DNA of 64,000 bases. It comes from Sporomusaceae bacterium. Its GTDB lineage: Bacteria; Bacillota; Negativicutes; UBA1444. The translations under genes were made by a program, and so were the position numbers. Shown here in pieces: positions 46,793 through 56,951 of the stretch; the first letter of the stretch is position 1, and every line of letters starts with the position of its first letter. Below the pieces are notes generated by a model, which was not told the DNA's origin, did no database searches, and worked only from the letters and a program-made list of their open reading frames with translations. The DNA lies in contig JAHDPL010000020.1 in assembly GCA_018434355.1 (NCBI GenBank), forward strand, positions 182,255 through 246,254, in the 5' to 3' direction.

Positions 46793-48193
46793 ATGAGCAT
46801 GCCGAACCTGATTCTGCTTGATCCGGCCAGCAAGCAGCCGCTATATTTGCAGCTGTACCAGCACTTTCGTCGCGAAATAGAACAAAACCAGCTGAAGGAA
46901 GGGCAAAAACTGCCCTCGATCCGCTGGCTTGCCCGCAGCTTATCCATCAGTAAGATCACCGTCGAAAAAGCCTACCAGCAACTCTTGTGCGAAGGCTATT
47001 TGAATAATGGAAACCGAACGCGGTACGAGGTCAACCGCTTCAGCGAAAACGCCTGGCCCGCTCCTGCTTCGCCTGCCACAACATTGCCGCAGCCTAGTCC
47101 GCTGCCGCCGATCCGCTATGACCTGGCCAGCGGCGAAATGGACATGGACGGTTTCGATTTTCCCCTGTGGAAACGATACATCAACAAGGCGTTTAGCGAT
47201 CAAGACCGCCTGATGCGCTATGGCGACTTGCAAGGCGAACTGGAATTGCGCCGACAGATCGCCGGTTATGTCCGCTCGCGCGGCGTCAATTGCCGTCACG
47301 AACAGGTCATCGTCGGACCCGGCGTGCAAAGCTTGCTCAACGTGCTGGTCAGCATGTTGAAACCATCCCATAACGGCATCGCCTTCGAAGAGCCGGGATT
47401 TAAAATCGGCAGGCGCATCTGGGAAGATCGCGATTACAGGATCATTCCCGTTCGGCTTCGACAGGGCGGCATCGATACCGACGAGCTGGCCGCCAGTGGC
47501 GCGCGGCTGGTTTATGTCACCCCGTCCCATCAGTTTCCCACCGGTTACATCATGCCGATCGGCGAGAGGATCCGGCTGCTGAAATGGGCCCGCGAAACCG
47601 GCGCCACAATCATCGAAGACGATTATGACAGCGAGTTCCGCTACTTCGGCCGACCGCTTCCCGCATTAAAAGCGCTGGATAGCGAGGGAACCGTCATTTA
47701 TATGGGCTCCTTTTCCAAAGTGATTCCGCCCTCGATTCGGATCAGTTATATGGTATTGCCGGACCGGTTGCTGGAAACTTACCAGCAACGAGTGCGACTA
47801 TATAATCAGGCAGCATCGACCATCGAACAACTGGCGCTGGCCCGCTACATGGCCGACGGTCATCTGGAGCGGCAAATCCGCCGACTGAGAAAACTATACA
47901 ATGAGAAGCACGCGTTATTTTTGGACAGCATTCGCAGCATCCTCGGCCAACAGGTGGAAATCAACGAAACAGAGTCGGGCCTGCACATGGTGCTGACCGT
48001 GAAATCAGACCTGACACCTAAGGAACTGTACGATAGGGCGCTGGCCAAAGGCTGCCGGATTGCGCTTTTGCAGGACTATTACCTGGGTGAAGCGCCGGCG
48101 GCGCCGTCTCAAATCATCCTGTATTTTTCCCGGATTCCTACTGCAGAGATGATCCCTGCGATTCAGTTGCTGAAAGAAGCCTGGTTTTCATGA
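46793..48193 (+). CDS. MocR/GabR-family regulator (GntR-type HTH plus a fold-I aminotransferase-like domain); PdxR-like
   Basis: Start at MSMPNLILLD after an AAGGTGGA RBS. Has a winged HTH (LPSIRWLARSLSISKITVEKAYQQL) and a PLP-lysine region (GSFSKVIPPSIRISY). Divergent from pdxK. Confidence 0.85.
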   Translation: MSMPNLILLDPASKQPLYLQLYQHFRREIEQNQLKEGQKLPSIRWLARSLSISKITVEKAYQQLLCEGYLNNGNRTRYEVNRFSENAWPAPASPATTLPQPSPLPPIRYDLASGEMDMDGFDFPLWKRYINKAFSDQDRLMRYGDLQGELELRRQIAGYVRSRGVNCRHEQVIVGPGVQSLLNVLVSMLKPSHNGIAFEEPGFKIGRRIWEDRDYRIIPVRLRQGGIDTDELAASGARLVYVTPSHQFPTGYIMPIGERIRLLKWARETGATIIEDDYDSEFRYFGRPLPALKALDSEGTVIYMGSFSKVIPPSIRISYMVLPDRLLETYQQRVRLYNQAASTIEQLALARYMADGHLERQIRRLRKLYNEKHALFLDSIRSILGQQVEINETESGLHMVLTVKSDLTPKELYDRALAKGCRIALLQDYYLGEAPAAPSQIILYFSRIPTAEMIPAIQLLKEAWFS

Positions 48194-48238
48194 AAAAACC
48201 GGTCAGTCCGATCGATACAATCGGCTGGCCGGTTTTGC
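48194..48238. terminator. Bidirectional intrinsic terminator between convergent genes
   Basis: Stem aaccggtcag/ctggccggtt, flanked by A6 on the left and T4 on the right. Confidence 0.6.
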
Positions 48239-48249
48239 ACTTCTTGAAG

Positions 48250-49017
48250 TTACAGTCCGTATAGCTTCTTTAGATCAGCGACCACAGCGGGAATGCGGGT
48301 AGACAGCTGAGGAATCGCATAGCCAACAAAAATTGGCGATGTGACGAACCGCGGCATAACCTTGGCGGTAATTTGACCGTTTATATTGTAGAAGAAGATA
48401 TTGTAACTGTTGCAATATCGATTGAAGTGGTTGAGCAAATAGTGGGAGCAAATCTGCAAATAATCAGCCATGTAGTCGATTTGCGAAAGATCGTTTAGCC
48501 TGACGTTGAGTTCCACGAAGCCGATCAGCGGTTTGTCGGCAATGGAGAGCGTGACGCCACCATTAGAACTGATCACGCTGCCGGCCAGACTGTCCGGCGG
48601 TATGTTGGCGGTGTAGTCGATATGTCGCAGACCGACGATCTGCATGTGCGGGTGACATATGGTGCCGCCCGAATTGGGGCCGTGATTTTTGAAGAACAAC
48701 ACCGAGGTGAATTCCCCGCCGGCGATCATATCCAGCCAATTCCTGATACCAAAGCGAACCAGGCGATACAAGTGGTCCTTCGGATACAACGACAGCTCGC
48801 CGGCACAGTCCTCGGTTTCGATAAGGACCGTCTGATATGTTTCCTGCAACACCGGATATTTGTTGGCAATGAGCAAGAGCGGTCCGTCTGCGGCGATAAT
48901 GCCGGTCAGTTCGTCGCGATTGCAAAAGGGGCATTTATGTCCAACATCTACAACCGTCACCGGTTTGGTCCCGCCGATTTTACTGTCAAAAACGAGGTGG
49001 GTATGCCTTGCGGTCAT
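48250..49017 (-). CDS. HIT/GalT-like nucleotidyltransferase-fold protein (DUF4931-like)
   Basis: 255 aa with a CPFC zinc-knuckle and a histidine triad-like motif (HPHMQ). RBS aaggagac. Confidence 0.5.
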   Translation of the reverse strand: MTARHTHLVFDSKIGGTKPVTVVDVGHKCPFCNRDELTGIIAADGPLLLIANKYPVLQETYQTVLIETEDCAGELSLYPKDHLYRLVRFGIRNWLDMIAGGEFTSVLFFKNHGPNSGGTICHPHMQIVGLRHIDYTANIPPDSLAGSVISSNGGVTLSIADKPLIGFVELNVRLNDLSQIDYMADYLQICSHYLLNHFNRYCNSYNIFFYNINGQITAKVMPRFVTSPIFVGYAIPQLSTRIPAVVADLKKLYGL

Positions 49018-49102
49018 GTAACAGTCTCCTTGCGGTCTAAGAGTATCTTGCTATCATTATAATATAGCGTGATCTATCAATCTACTGATTTTAATCAACC
49101 AT

Positions 49103-52100
49103 CTACTCCCCGAACAGCCCTCGTATCTCAGCTTCCGTCATCTTGCCGATGAAGCTTTCGCCCGGCTGAATCAGCGAGTCAACCAGTTCGCGCTTGCGTT
49201 CCTGCAGCGCCAAGATTTTTTCTTCGATCGTGCCTTTGGCTACCAGTTTAAACACCTGCACCACATTTTTCTGGCCGATGCGATACGCCCGATCCGTCGC
49301 CTGATCCTCGACCGCCGGATTCCACCACGGGTCGCAGTGGATCACCATATCGGCACCGGTCAGATTCAGCCCTGCCCCGCCCGCCTTCAACGAAATCAGA
49401 AAGGCGTCCCGCTCGCCGCGGTTAAATGCGTTGACCCGCTGAATCCGGTCCTGGGCCGAGGTCCCGCCGTCCAGATAATGCCAGGATACCTCCAGTTCAT
49501 CCAGCACCGGTTTGATCAAATCAAGCATGCCGGTGAACTGCGAAAAGATCAGCAGACGGTGCCCCGCCGCCACCGCATCGCGGACCACATCGGCGATCAG
49601 TTCCATTTTGCCGCTGCCACCGCTGTAGTTTTCGACAAACAGCGCCGGGTGACAGCAGAGTTGCCGCAGGCGGGTCAAGATCGCCAAAATCTCGATTCGG
49701 CTCTGGTCAAATCCTTTGGTTTCGATTTCCTGTTCAAATTCCTGCCGCGCACTCATCAACCACGCCGTATAGAGCCGGGTCTGTTCTGCCGTCATCGGCG
49801 CGCTCAGCTGGCTCTCGATTTTTTCCGGCAGCTCCTGCAGCACGGTATGCTTCATCCGGCGCAGCAGGAACGGATGGATATGCCGCGACAGTTCGCGCAG
49901 CACCGGCGAGTTGGGGTCTTTGGCGACCGGCGCTTCAAACCGCTTGACAAACGAGGCGTGATGCCGCAGATAACCGGGCATGACATAATCAAAGATCGAC
50001 CACAGCTCGGTCAGCGAGTTTTCAATCGGCGTGCCGGTCAGCGCAAAGCAGCAACCGGCCCGAATCCGTTTCACGGCTTGGGCGTTCAGCGTCTGCGGAT
50101 TTTTTATATTTTGCGCTTCGTCGAGGAAGCAGGTTTTCCACTCCAGTTGTTCATACAGTTCGATATCGCGTTTCAGCAGCCCATAAGAAGTAATGACCAG
50201 ATCGACTGCCTCCAGGTCTGCAAGCGCGGCCTGCCGTTCCCCTTGTTGCCCGGTAACTACCAACGTGCGTAGCTCCGGTGTAAATTTGGCGGCTTCCTCC
50301 TGCCAGTTGTAGACGAGCGAAGTCGGCGCCACCACCAGCGACGGTCTCCCTTCTTGCCGCACCGACATCAGGTAGGCCAGCACCTGCAGCGTTTTTCCCA
50401 GGCCCATATCATCAGCCAAGATCCCGCCCATTCCATGACGGGCCAAGGCTTTCAACCATTTAAAGCCGGTCTTTTGATAGTCGCGCAGCGTGGCCTGAAT
50501 GCCGGCCGGTAGTTCATCTTCGCTATCCTGCGGTTCGCGCAGCTCCTGCAGCATGCGCCGGACGGCGCCGCTGCGCTCCACCACCAACGTTTCATTCATC
50601 CGGGCCAGGTTGTCCAGCGTCAGCGCCCGGTATTTGGGCAGACGGATCACCGCCTGTTTCATATCGGCCGCCGCCAGTCCCAGCTGTTCGACCAGTTGGG
50701 CCGCAGCCGCGAACTCCGGTTGGTCCAGTCCCAAAAATCTGCCGTCACCCAGGCGATGATAGCGTTTTTTCAGCCGATAGGCTGCCAGCAGTTCCTGTAG
50801 TTCCTCCGGCTGCAGGCCGCCGCAGTCCAGTGTCAGTTCCAGCCAGTCAAAGTCATCACTCAACCGAACCGCCGCCCTCACCCGCAGTTTGCGGTTCGAG
50901 TGCAACGCGGCGAATTCATCCGACAGGTACACTTCAAACTGGTCGAGCAGCTCCGGTAATCCTTCCTGAATAAAATCATAGGTAGCCTCTTCGTCCGGTT
51001 GCAGCAACGTTTCCCCCTGCGGCATAAACCGATGGTCAAGAAAAATTTGCAACAGACGCACCTCGGCCTGCGAGTCGCGCACCAGATAGCGGCCCGATTC
51101 ATCTACGGTCTTACTGCTGGTCGACAGGGCCGGGTTGATCACGATGTCGCCATAGCGAAACTCTACCCGTGCACTGACGCCCATTTCGTAGCGATCCAAA
51201 AATACCACAGCCGCCAGCGGTTCGCGATACAGTTTGTCGCGCACCGTTTCCGCCAACACGACTTCGCCGACAGTCTCCAGCGCCGGTAGCACGTCCGAAG
51301 CAAAATCGGACACCGAGGCTGGCGGCAGCAAAATCTCGCCTTGCCTGCCGTCACGGAAAGCCTGGCTCATCGGCGCAACTGCCTGGGAAAATTCCGCATC
51401 GACCTGATAAATCACGCCTTGATGATAAACATGACGCCAGTCCGCCTCAAGGCCGCACAGCTGCTCCGCCGGATCGGCGTAACGCAGCCGAAACCCGCCG
51501 GGATCACCATCAATCGCAAACCGTACCGACGGACGCCCCAATCGAACTGGTGTCGGTTCGGTCGGTCGGTACTGAATCGACGCCAGAACGGACTGATTCT
51601 GATACAACTGCAGAAACTCCGCCAATGAAGCCCGAGTCAGCCGAAACCGTCGTCCTGTCTCAAACACCGAAGCGCCGACGCCGGAGTAGGACCAACCGGC
51701 CCGTTCCTGTTCCTCGTCATAGGCCAGTTGCAACATGTGGAGCAGGTGCAGCGAAACCGTGTCAAGCTCCGACTGCGAACGCCGCAACGAACACTGTTTG
51801 CCCAGCACGATTTCCGCATCGGCCTGCCAGTCGCGCAAAAACTCGGGGATATTTTTCACCACATACAGTCGGTCGTTGCCCAGCGAAAACTCTAGCCAGT
51901 TCGCCCCTGCACCACGATGGCTGTCGTGCACATGGAACAGGGTCGGTTCCAGCCGCACCGCTTGTTTTTCCTTTTGCCGCAGACTTGGCGCCGGACGCAC
52001 CCGAAAATGCGCCAGCAATTGCTGCACCGAGGCGTTGGATCGATCTTCCGCGGGAACCCGTGGCGCTGGTGGCAAATATCTGGGCATTGCGCTGTCGCGG

Positions 52101-52402
52101 CTTACTTGCGGCGGGTAATAATTCCACCAGTCTCGTTGAATCGTTTTTAGCACAGCCACGATATGTTTGCAGGCCCCGTCAAATTTGGCAAAAGCCGGAC
52201 AATCGCAAAAATTGTGCAACACCTGTCCCGCTGTATCGAGTTTCAATTCTACGTAATACAGTTCGCCGCCGCGCACTTCCGCTTCAAAGGTGCCGGAGTC
52301 GCGCTGATGCAGTGTTTTTACGTTGCCGGCAAGATAATAGCTGCAACCTTTGCTGTATGCCGGTCCCGCCGCCAATTGCCGAATCGTGTTTTCCGTCAAC
52401 AT
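49103..52402 (-). CDS. SWIM-zinc-finger SNF2-family DNA-dependent ATPase/helicase (YwqA/RapA-like)
   Basis: Start taken at MLTENTIRQLAAG. The N-terminus has a SWIM motif (CDCPAFAKFDGACKHIVAV). The C-terminal SNF2 core carries a DEAQ box (FLDEAQNIKN), and helicase-C motifs. Confidence 0.85.
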   Translation of the reverse strand: MLTENTIRQLAAGPAYSKGCSYYLAGNVKTLHQRDSGTFEAEVRGGELYYVELKLDTAGQVLHNFCDCPAFAKFDGACKHIVAVLKTIQRDWWNYYPPQVSRDSAMPRYLPPAPRVPAEDRSNASVQQLLAHFRVRPAPSLRQKEKQAVRLEPTLFHVHDSHRGAGANWLEFSLGNDRLYVVKNIPEFLRDWQADAEIVLGKQCSLRRSQSELDTVSLHLLHMLQLAYDEEQERAGWSYSGVGASVFETGRRFRLTRASLAEFLQLYQNQSVLASIQYRPTEPTPVRLGRPSVRFAIDGDPGGFRLRYADPAEQLCGLEADWRHVYHQGVIYQVDAEFSQAVAPMSQAFRDGRQGEILLPPASVSDFASDVLPALETVGEVVLAETVRDKLYREPLAAVVFLDRYEMGVSARVEFRYGDIVINPALSTSSKTVDESGRYLVRDSQAEVRLLQIFLDHRFMPQGETLLQPDEEATYDFIQEGLPELLDQFEVYLSDEFAALHSNRKLRVRAAVRLSDDFDWLELTLDCGGLQPEELQELLAAYRLKKRYHRLGDGRFLGLDQPEFAAAAQLVEQLGLAAADMKQAVIRLPKYRALTLDNLARMNETLVVERSGAVRRMLQELREPQDSEDELPAGIQATLRDYQKTGFKWLKALARHGMGGILADDMGLGKTLQVLAYLMSVRQEGRPSLVVAPTSLVYNWQEEAAKFTPELRTLVVTGQQGERQAALADLEAVDLVITSYGLLKRDIELYEQLEWKTCFLDEAQNIKNPQTLNAQAVKRIRAGCCFALTGTPIENSLTELWSIFDYVMPGYLRHHASFVKRFEAPVAKDPNSPVLRELSRHIHPFLLRRMKHTVLQELPEKIESQLSAPMTAEQTRLYTAWLMSARQEFEQEIETKGFDQSRIEILAILTRLRQLCCHPALFVENYSGGSGKMELIADVVRDAVAAGHRLLIFSQFTGMLDLIKPVLDELEVSWHYLDGGTSAQDRIQRVNAFNRGERDAFLISLKAGGAGLNLTGADMVIHCDPWWNPAVEDQATDRAYRIGQKNVVQVFKLVAKGTIEEKILALQERKRELVDSLIQPGESFIGKMTEAEIRGLFGE

Positions 52403-52449
52403 TGAATAGTATCCCTCGTATTTCCATCTCAAAATAAAGCTTTCCCAAG

Positions 52450-52492
52450 TTATGCCCATGTTATGCGCAAGTTATCCACAGATTAATCCACA
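52450..52492 (+). promoter_or_regulatory. Array of four head-to-tail DnaA-box-like 9-mers at an 11-bp period
   Basis: The four boxes are ttatgccca, ttatgcgca, TTATCCACA (perfect consensus) and taatccaca. The array lies 50-90 bp upstream of the SNF2 helicase start. Confidence 0.5.
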
Positions 52493-52645
52493 GACCAGGA
52501 CTTCAACCCAATCGTTTCCACCAGTTCGCCAAAGTCCTCCAAACGTCGCTATTTCGACGTTAAATCGACTACGCTTCACCACGAACGTTCATCGGTCGCG
52601 GACCATCACCTTATTATTTCAGTGGATGCCTGTGCATAACTTTAT

Positions 52646-52693
52646 AAAAGGGGTTGCGGGCAAACTTATGAAAAGTTTTCCCCAACCCCTTCT
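52646..52693 (-). terminator. Putative terminator of the amino-acid-catabolic operon
   Basis: Stem aaggggttg/caacccctt with a long loop; the minus sense is followed by UUUUAU. Confidence 0.45.
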
Positions 52694-52740
52694 ATTATAC
52701 AGATATTATGACTGTCTACCTAGTTCGACTTTGGCAACAG

Positions 52741-54099
52741 CTATTCCCCTCGCTGTGCCAGGATTTTATGGTTGTACGGCGCCACTTTCGCGTACTCTGC
52801 TTCCCAGAACGCCTGGTCCTGCATGCTGTCCAGATAGGCCTGCGTGTAACCGAACTTCAGCCAGTCCGATTCTTTTTGGCGGAACAACCGCTGTTTTGCG
52901 GCGGGACGACGCACATCGTAGATGTGCTGTTCATCGGCCTGGATGAAAATATCCTGGGTCCAGCGGCTCAGCACATTCTCGGTCAGTTCCAGATACCGCG
53001 CGTTTAATTCTTCCAGCACCGAGTCGTAGCGGTCAAATCCGTCGGTGGCAATCGTCACCACATTGTCGCCAGGACCGAACCGCATGTGTTTGGCCAGTTT
53101 GATCGCGCCAATAATGTTGCAGATGCCCGAAGGTCCGACAGCATAAGTCAGGATTTTGGCCAGTGCGGGATCGATACCCATTTTCAGCAGCAAATCGGTC
53201 CCGTCATGAAACACTTTGACGCCCTGGACGGTTTCTTCGTCTTTGATCAGGATAATGAAATCGGTGGTCAGCACGTTGTGGATCAGCGTGCACATCTTGT
53301 CGCCGATCCCCTCGATCCGGTGCTGTCCCAGTCCGCCATTGGCGAGGGTAGAACACTCATACGGCTCCAGTGCGGCCACTTTTGCTTCAGGGAAAGCAAC
53401 TTTGATTTGGTCGCCAGCCGCCAAGGTCCCCGCCGAACCGGGAGCGGAGGTAAATCCGGCGATGCGGCCGTTGCCAACACCTTTTACCGCTTCGATGGCA
53501 CTGCCGCCGGTGACATGGCGATGGAAACGATAGTTGGCCATCAGTTCAAACTGGGCCAACGCTTTATTTTTCGGGTTCTTCATCATTTCATGGGTCCGTT
53601 CCAGCGTCAGGATGACATCAGACTCGGAACCCGGCGTCAACTCCAATTCGCCGCCGTATCTGCGAATCCGCTCGTAACGTTCCTTGCTCATGTTGTCCGG
53701 CATGATCACGACCGCCTTCAGGCCGAGCAGCTTGGAGATATAGGCAGTGCCAATACCGAAGTTGCCTGTCGAGGGGCCGAGAATCGTATGCTCCGCTGAG
53801 ATCTCGCCATCGACCAGGCCTTCGATCAACGTGCTGTATGCCGGCCCCACCTTGTGCGAGCCGGACGGGAATCCACACCCCAGCATAACCACGATATTGG
53901 CATCCACGCCGGTCAGCTCCGGTGGCAGCACAATCTTGCGCACTTTATTGTCGGCATCTTTCCAGTTGATATTGAAAAGATTGATTGGATCCATTTCATT
54001 GTCATGCAGTTGTTTCAGCGCCGTCGCACGCACATCCGGCGAGATTGTTTCAGGATGCAGCATTTCATCGTAAGTCGGTCCGAACGGAACCTTATTCAT
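52741..54099 (-). CDS. Fold-type-II PLP-dependent enzyme (cysteine-synthase/diaminopropionate-ammonia-lyase-like) with a ~100-aa C-terminal extension
   Basis: Start at MNKVPFGPTYDEM. Contains a PALP Lys motif region (GSHKVGPAYS) and a Gly-rich loop (GPSTGNFGIG). Confidence 0.7.
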   Translation of the reverse strand: MNKVPFGPTYDEMLHPETISPDVRATALKQLHDNEMDPINLFNINWKDADNKVRKIVLPPELTGVDANIVVMLGCGFPSGSHKVGPAYSTLIEGLVDGEISAEHTILGPSTGNFGIGTAYISKLLGLKAVVIMPDNMSKERYERIRRYGGELELTPGSESDVILTLERTHEMMKNPKNKALAQFELMANYRFHRHVTGGSAIEAVKGVGNGRIAGFTSAPGSAGTLAAGDQIKVAFPEAKVAALEPYECSTLANGGLGQHRIEGIGDKMCTLIHNVLTTDFIILIKDEETVQGVKVFHDGTDLLLKMGIDPALAKILTYAVGPSGICNIIGAIKLAKHMRFGPGDNVVTIATDGFDRYDSVLEELNARYLELTENVLSRWTQDIFIQADEQHIYDVRRPAAKQRLFRQKESDWLKFGYTQAYLDSMQDQAFWEAEYAKVAPYNHKILAQRGE

Positions 54100-54117
54100 C
54101 AAATTTCCCTCCAAGGT

Positions 54118-55326
54118 TTATTTGGTCAAAAACTGGGCGGCAATTGCCTGATAGCCGAGCGCAGCCTGCGTGACCTGGCTGATTTCGATGCTCTCATTCA
54201 CGACATGCGCTCCATCTTCGGCGCCCGGGCCGAAACCGATCGTCGGAATGCCAGCAATACCAGCGGAATAGCTGCCGTTGGTGCAAAAACTGTATTTTGT
54301 CACTTCCGGCGCCAGTCCGGCCCGCCGCGTGGCGGCCAGAGCTCCGGCGACAAGTGGATGGGACTCTGCCAGCACCCAGGCCGGAAAGAACCGTTTGCCG
54401 GCCATGACAGCCCCGGTATGACAAACCTGGCTTGCTTCCGCAATTTCAATCTCCGCTTCAAACTGCGGATCACGGCGTTTTAAGTCCTGAACGCACTGTT
54501 TCAATGGGGCCAGAACTGATTCCTCGGTCTCGCCGACCAACAATCGGCGGTCAAACGTCACCCGGCACTTGTGCGGCACGACTGACGCACCTGGATACGG
54601 CGCGGAAACAATGTCGGTCAGTTCCAGAATCCCCTCGCCCAAGAACGCTTCCTGCAAAACTGGCAGGGCGCGAATTGCGCTCACCAGTTCCAGCATCATG
54701 TACACGGCATTTTTGCCGACTGCGGGATTGGAAGAATGCGCCGCCTTGCCGCTGGTGGTCACCACGATTTCGGCCCGACCGCGTTGGCCGCGTTTCAAAT
54801 TCAGCGCCGAAGCTTCGCCAATCACGACAAAATCGGGCTTGATCGCATCCACGACCTTGGACAGGCCCAGCCCTTCGAACGTTTCTTCGCATACGGTACC
54901 GGACACAAACACCGAACCGGCCAGTTGGTCACGACAGGCTGCAAGTGAGGCAACGCCGCAAATCATCGCCGCCAGGGCGCATTTCATGTCACTGGCGCCG
55001 CGTCCATAAATCCGGCCATCTTTGATTATCCCCGCAAACGGCGGCACTGTCCAGTCCTCGGCATCACTGACATCCACCGTGTCCATGTGTCCGTCGAATA
55101 AAATCGCCGGCCCAACCGACACGCCCCTGATTTCGCCGATCACGTTGCCAAAGTCGTCGATCCAGGCCCGATCATAACCGAGCGCCAGCATTGTCTTTTG
55201 CAGTTCTTGAGCCAGGTCGCCTTCCGCCCCCGTATAGCTCTGCAACTGGATCATCCGCTGACACAGCGCGAGTAACCCCGCTTCATCCGGCGTCGCCAGC
55301 GCTATTTTTGCCTCTGATTGTCCCAT
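54118..55326 (-). CDS. M20-family metallohydrolase of the YgeY type
   Basis: 402 aa. Contains FDGHMDTV, GRGASDMK and the EETxEG motif (CEETFEGLG) typical of M20/DapE/YgeY. Confidence 0.8.
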   Translation of the reverse strand: MGQSEAKIALATPDEAGLLALCQRMIQLQSYTGAEGDLAQELQKTMLALGYDRAWIDDFGNVIGEIRGVSVGPAILFDGHMDTVDVSDAEDWTVPPFAGIIKDGRIYGRGASDMKCALAAMICGVASLAACRDQLAGSVFVSGTVCEETFEGLGLSKVVDAIKPDFVVIGEASALNLKRGQRGRAEIVVTTSGKAAHSSNPAVGKNAVYMMLELVSAIRALPVLQEAFLGEGILELTDIVSAPYPGASVVPHKCRVTFDRRLLVGETEESVLAPLKQCVQDLKRRDPQFEAEIEIAEASQVCHTGAVMAGKRFFPAWVLAESHPLVAGALAATRRAGLAPEVTKYSFCTNGSYSAGIAGIPTIGFGPGAEDGAHVVNESIEISQVTQAALGYQAIAAQFLTK

Positions 55327-55358
55327 ACTATCCCTCCCCCGGTAATCATCGCTTGCTG

Positions 55359-56951
55359 TTATCTTTTACGCAACACCCGTCCGGCTAGTGCGCCGGTTTC
55401 CCGGCCCTGGCTAACTGCCGCCACGCCATTCACAAACACGTACTCAATGCCTGAAGGATGCCTACACGGATCAATAAACGAATTGCCTTCCTGAATATTG
55501 GCGGCGTCAAACAATACCAAATCCGCTTTCGCACCGAGCGCAATCCGGCCGCGATCCCTCAGACCAAGCCTACGGACTGGACGACCGGTCATCCGTTCAA
55601 CAGCTTGCTCTAGTGTCAGCAATTTTTCTTCACGCACATAGCGAGACAAAATCCGCGCCGTCGAGGCATAGGCCCGTGGGTGCGGTTTGCCAATCAGGAG
55701 TCCATCGGTGCCGAGCATGCCGCGTGAATGCTTGATGATTTCGGCAACATCCGCCTCAGACATGCTGAAGTTCACCATCGAAACCTGCAGATTCTCTTGC
55801 AGCAGTAAATCGAACACGACTTCCTGCGGCGAAATTTTCCACTCATCAGCGATTGCGGTCAGTGACTTGCCTTCGCAGGCCTTGTTCGGGCCGCCGGGGA
55901 TGCCGGTTACGATCACGCCGTCCCAGCCGGCGGCGGTCGCGATATTTTCCCAGCCAGGCAGACCCTGCCTCATTTCTGCCGCCAGACGCTCGCGCATCGC
56001 CGGGTCGCGCAGGCGCTCCAGCAATTTTTCCGATCCACCGGCATGTGCATGTGGCGGCACCAGAATACTCAACATCGTACTGCCGGCAGGATAAGGATAT
56101 TGGTCGAAGGAAGCGTCCAGCCCCTCGTCAATTGCCATATCAAACAACTTCAACATCCGGCCCGCCGTACCCCAGTTTTCCTTGCCAATTACTTTCAGGT
56201 GGGAAATATGCGGGATCACGCCGGTTTTTCGCGCCAGATCAAAAATTTCACCGATCGATTCGACGACCAGACCGCGTTCGTTGCGCACATGCACGACAAA
56301 AAGTCCTTGGTTGCGGGCGCTGACCGAGGTCAACGCGACCAGTTCGTCAGACGCGGCAAAAATACAGGGAGGGTAAATCAATCCTGTAGAAAGGCCGAAC
56401 GCCCCCTGATCGTAACTCTGCTGCAATAAATCGCACATCCGGGCCAACTCCGCTGATGTCAGAGCACGTTCTTCCATTCCAGCTACGGCAATCCGCAGCG
56501 GTCCATGGCTGACCAACGCCGCCAGATTCGTCGCCGTACCGTCGCGCTGCAAACGGTCCAGATACTCACTAAAACTGCGCCAGGTCCAAGCCAGGTCGGG
56601 ATCGCCCAACAGACCCGACACATGCCGTCGGTAAGAGTCGATATGCCCATCGGTCAGCGGCGCTAACCCCAGACCGTCCTGTCCCAGCAATTCGGTCGTG
56701 ATACCTTGGCAAATCTTTGCGGCGGCCTGCGGTTTGACCATCTGCAACAAATCGGAATGACTGTGCATATCGATAAAACCCGGCGTCAACGTCAAACCCC
56801 GGGCATCGATCACCCGGGAAAAACTGCCGGTTTCCGCTGGAATCCGGCCAATTTCGCTGATCAGACAATCATTAACCGCCACATCGGCAACAAACGCTTT
56901 TTTACCTGTTCCATCAACAATCGAAGCCCCCTGGATCAGTAGACCGCTCAT
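55359..56951 (-). CDS. N-acyl-D-amino-acid deacylase (D-aminoacylase) family amidohydrolase
   Basis: 530 aa. Contains the HxH motif region PGFIDMHSHSD and has the Amidohydro_3 architecture. Confidence 0.8.
   Translation of the reverse strand: MSGLLIQGASIVDGTGKKAFVADVAVNDCLISEIGRIPAETGSFSRVIDARGLTLTPGFIDMHSHSDLLQMVKPQAAAKICQGITTELLGQDGLGLAPLTDGHIDSYRRHVSGLLGDPDLAWTWRSFSEYLDRLQRDGTATNLAALVSHGPLRIAVAGMEERALTSAELARMCDLLQQSYDQGAFGLSTGLIYPPCIFAASDELVALTSVSARNQGLFVVHVRNERGLVVESIGEIFDLARKTGVIPHISHLKVIGKENWGTAGRMLKLFDMAIDEGLDASFDQYPYPAGSTMLSILVPPHAHAGGSEKLLERLRDPAMRERLAAEMRQGLPGWENIATAAGWDGVIVTGIPGGPNKACEGKSLTAIADEWKISPQEVVFDLLLQENLQVSMVNFSMSEADVAEIIKHSRGMLGTDGLLIGKPHPRAYASTARILSRYVREEKLLTLEQAVERMTGRPVRRLGLRDRGRIALGAKADLVLFDAANIQEGNSFIDPCRHPSGIEYVFVNGVAAVSQGRETGALAGRVLRKR

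Noticed and set aside
49103-52459. SWIM-SNF2 helicase considered as part of a phage-defence island (DISARM/BREX-like)
   Set aside because: There are no partner genes (no methyltransferase, PLD nuclease or DUF1998 helicase). The neighbours are a pdxK/MocR module and an amino-acid operon. It looks like a standalone RapA/YwqA-type remodeller.
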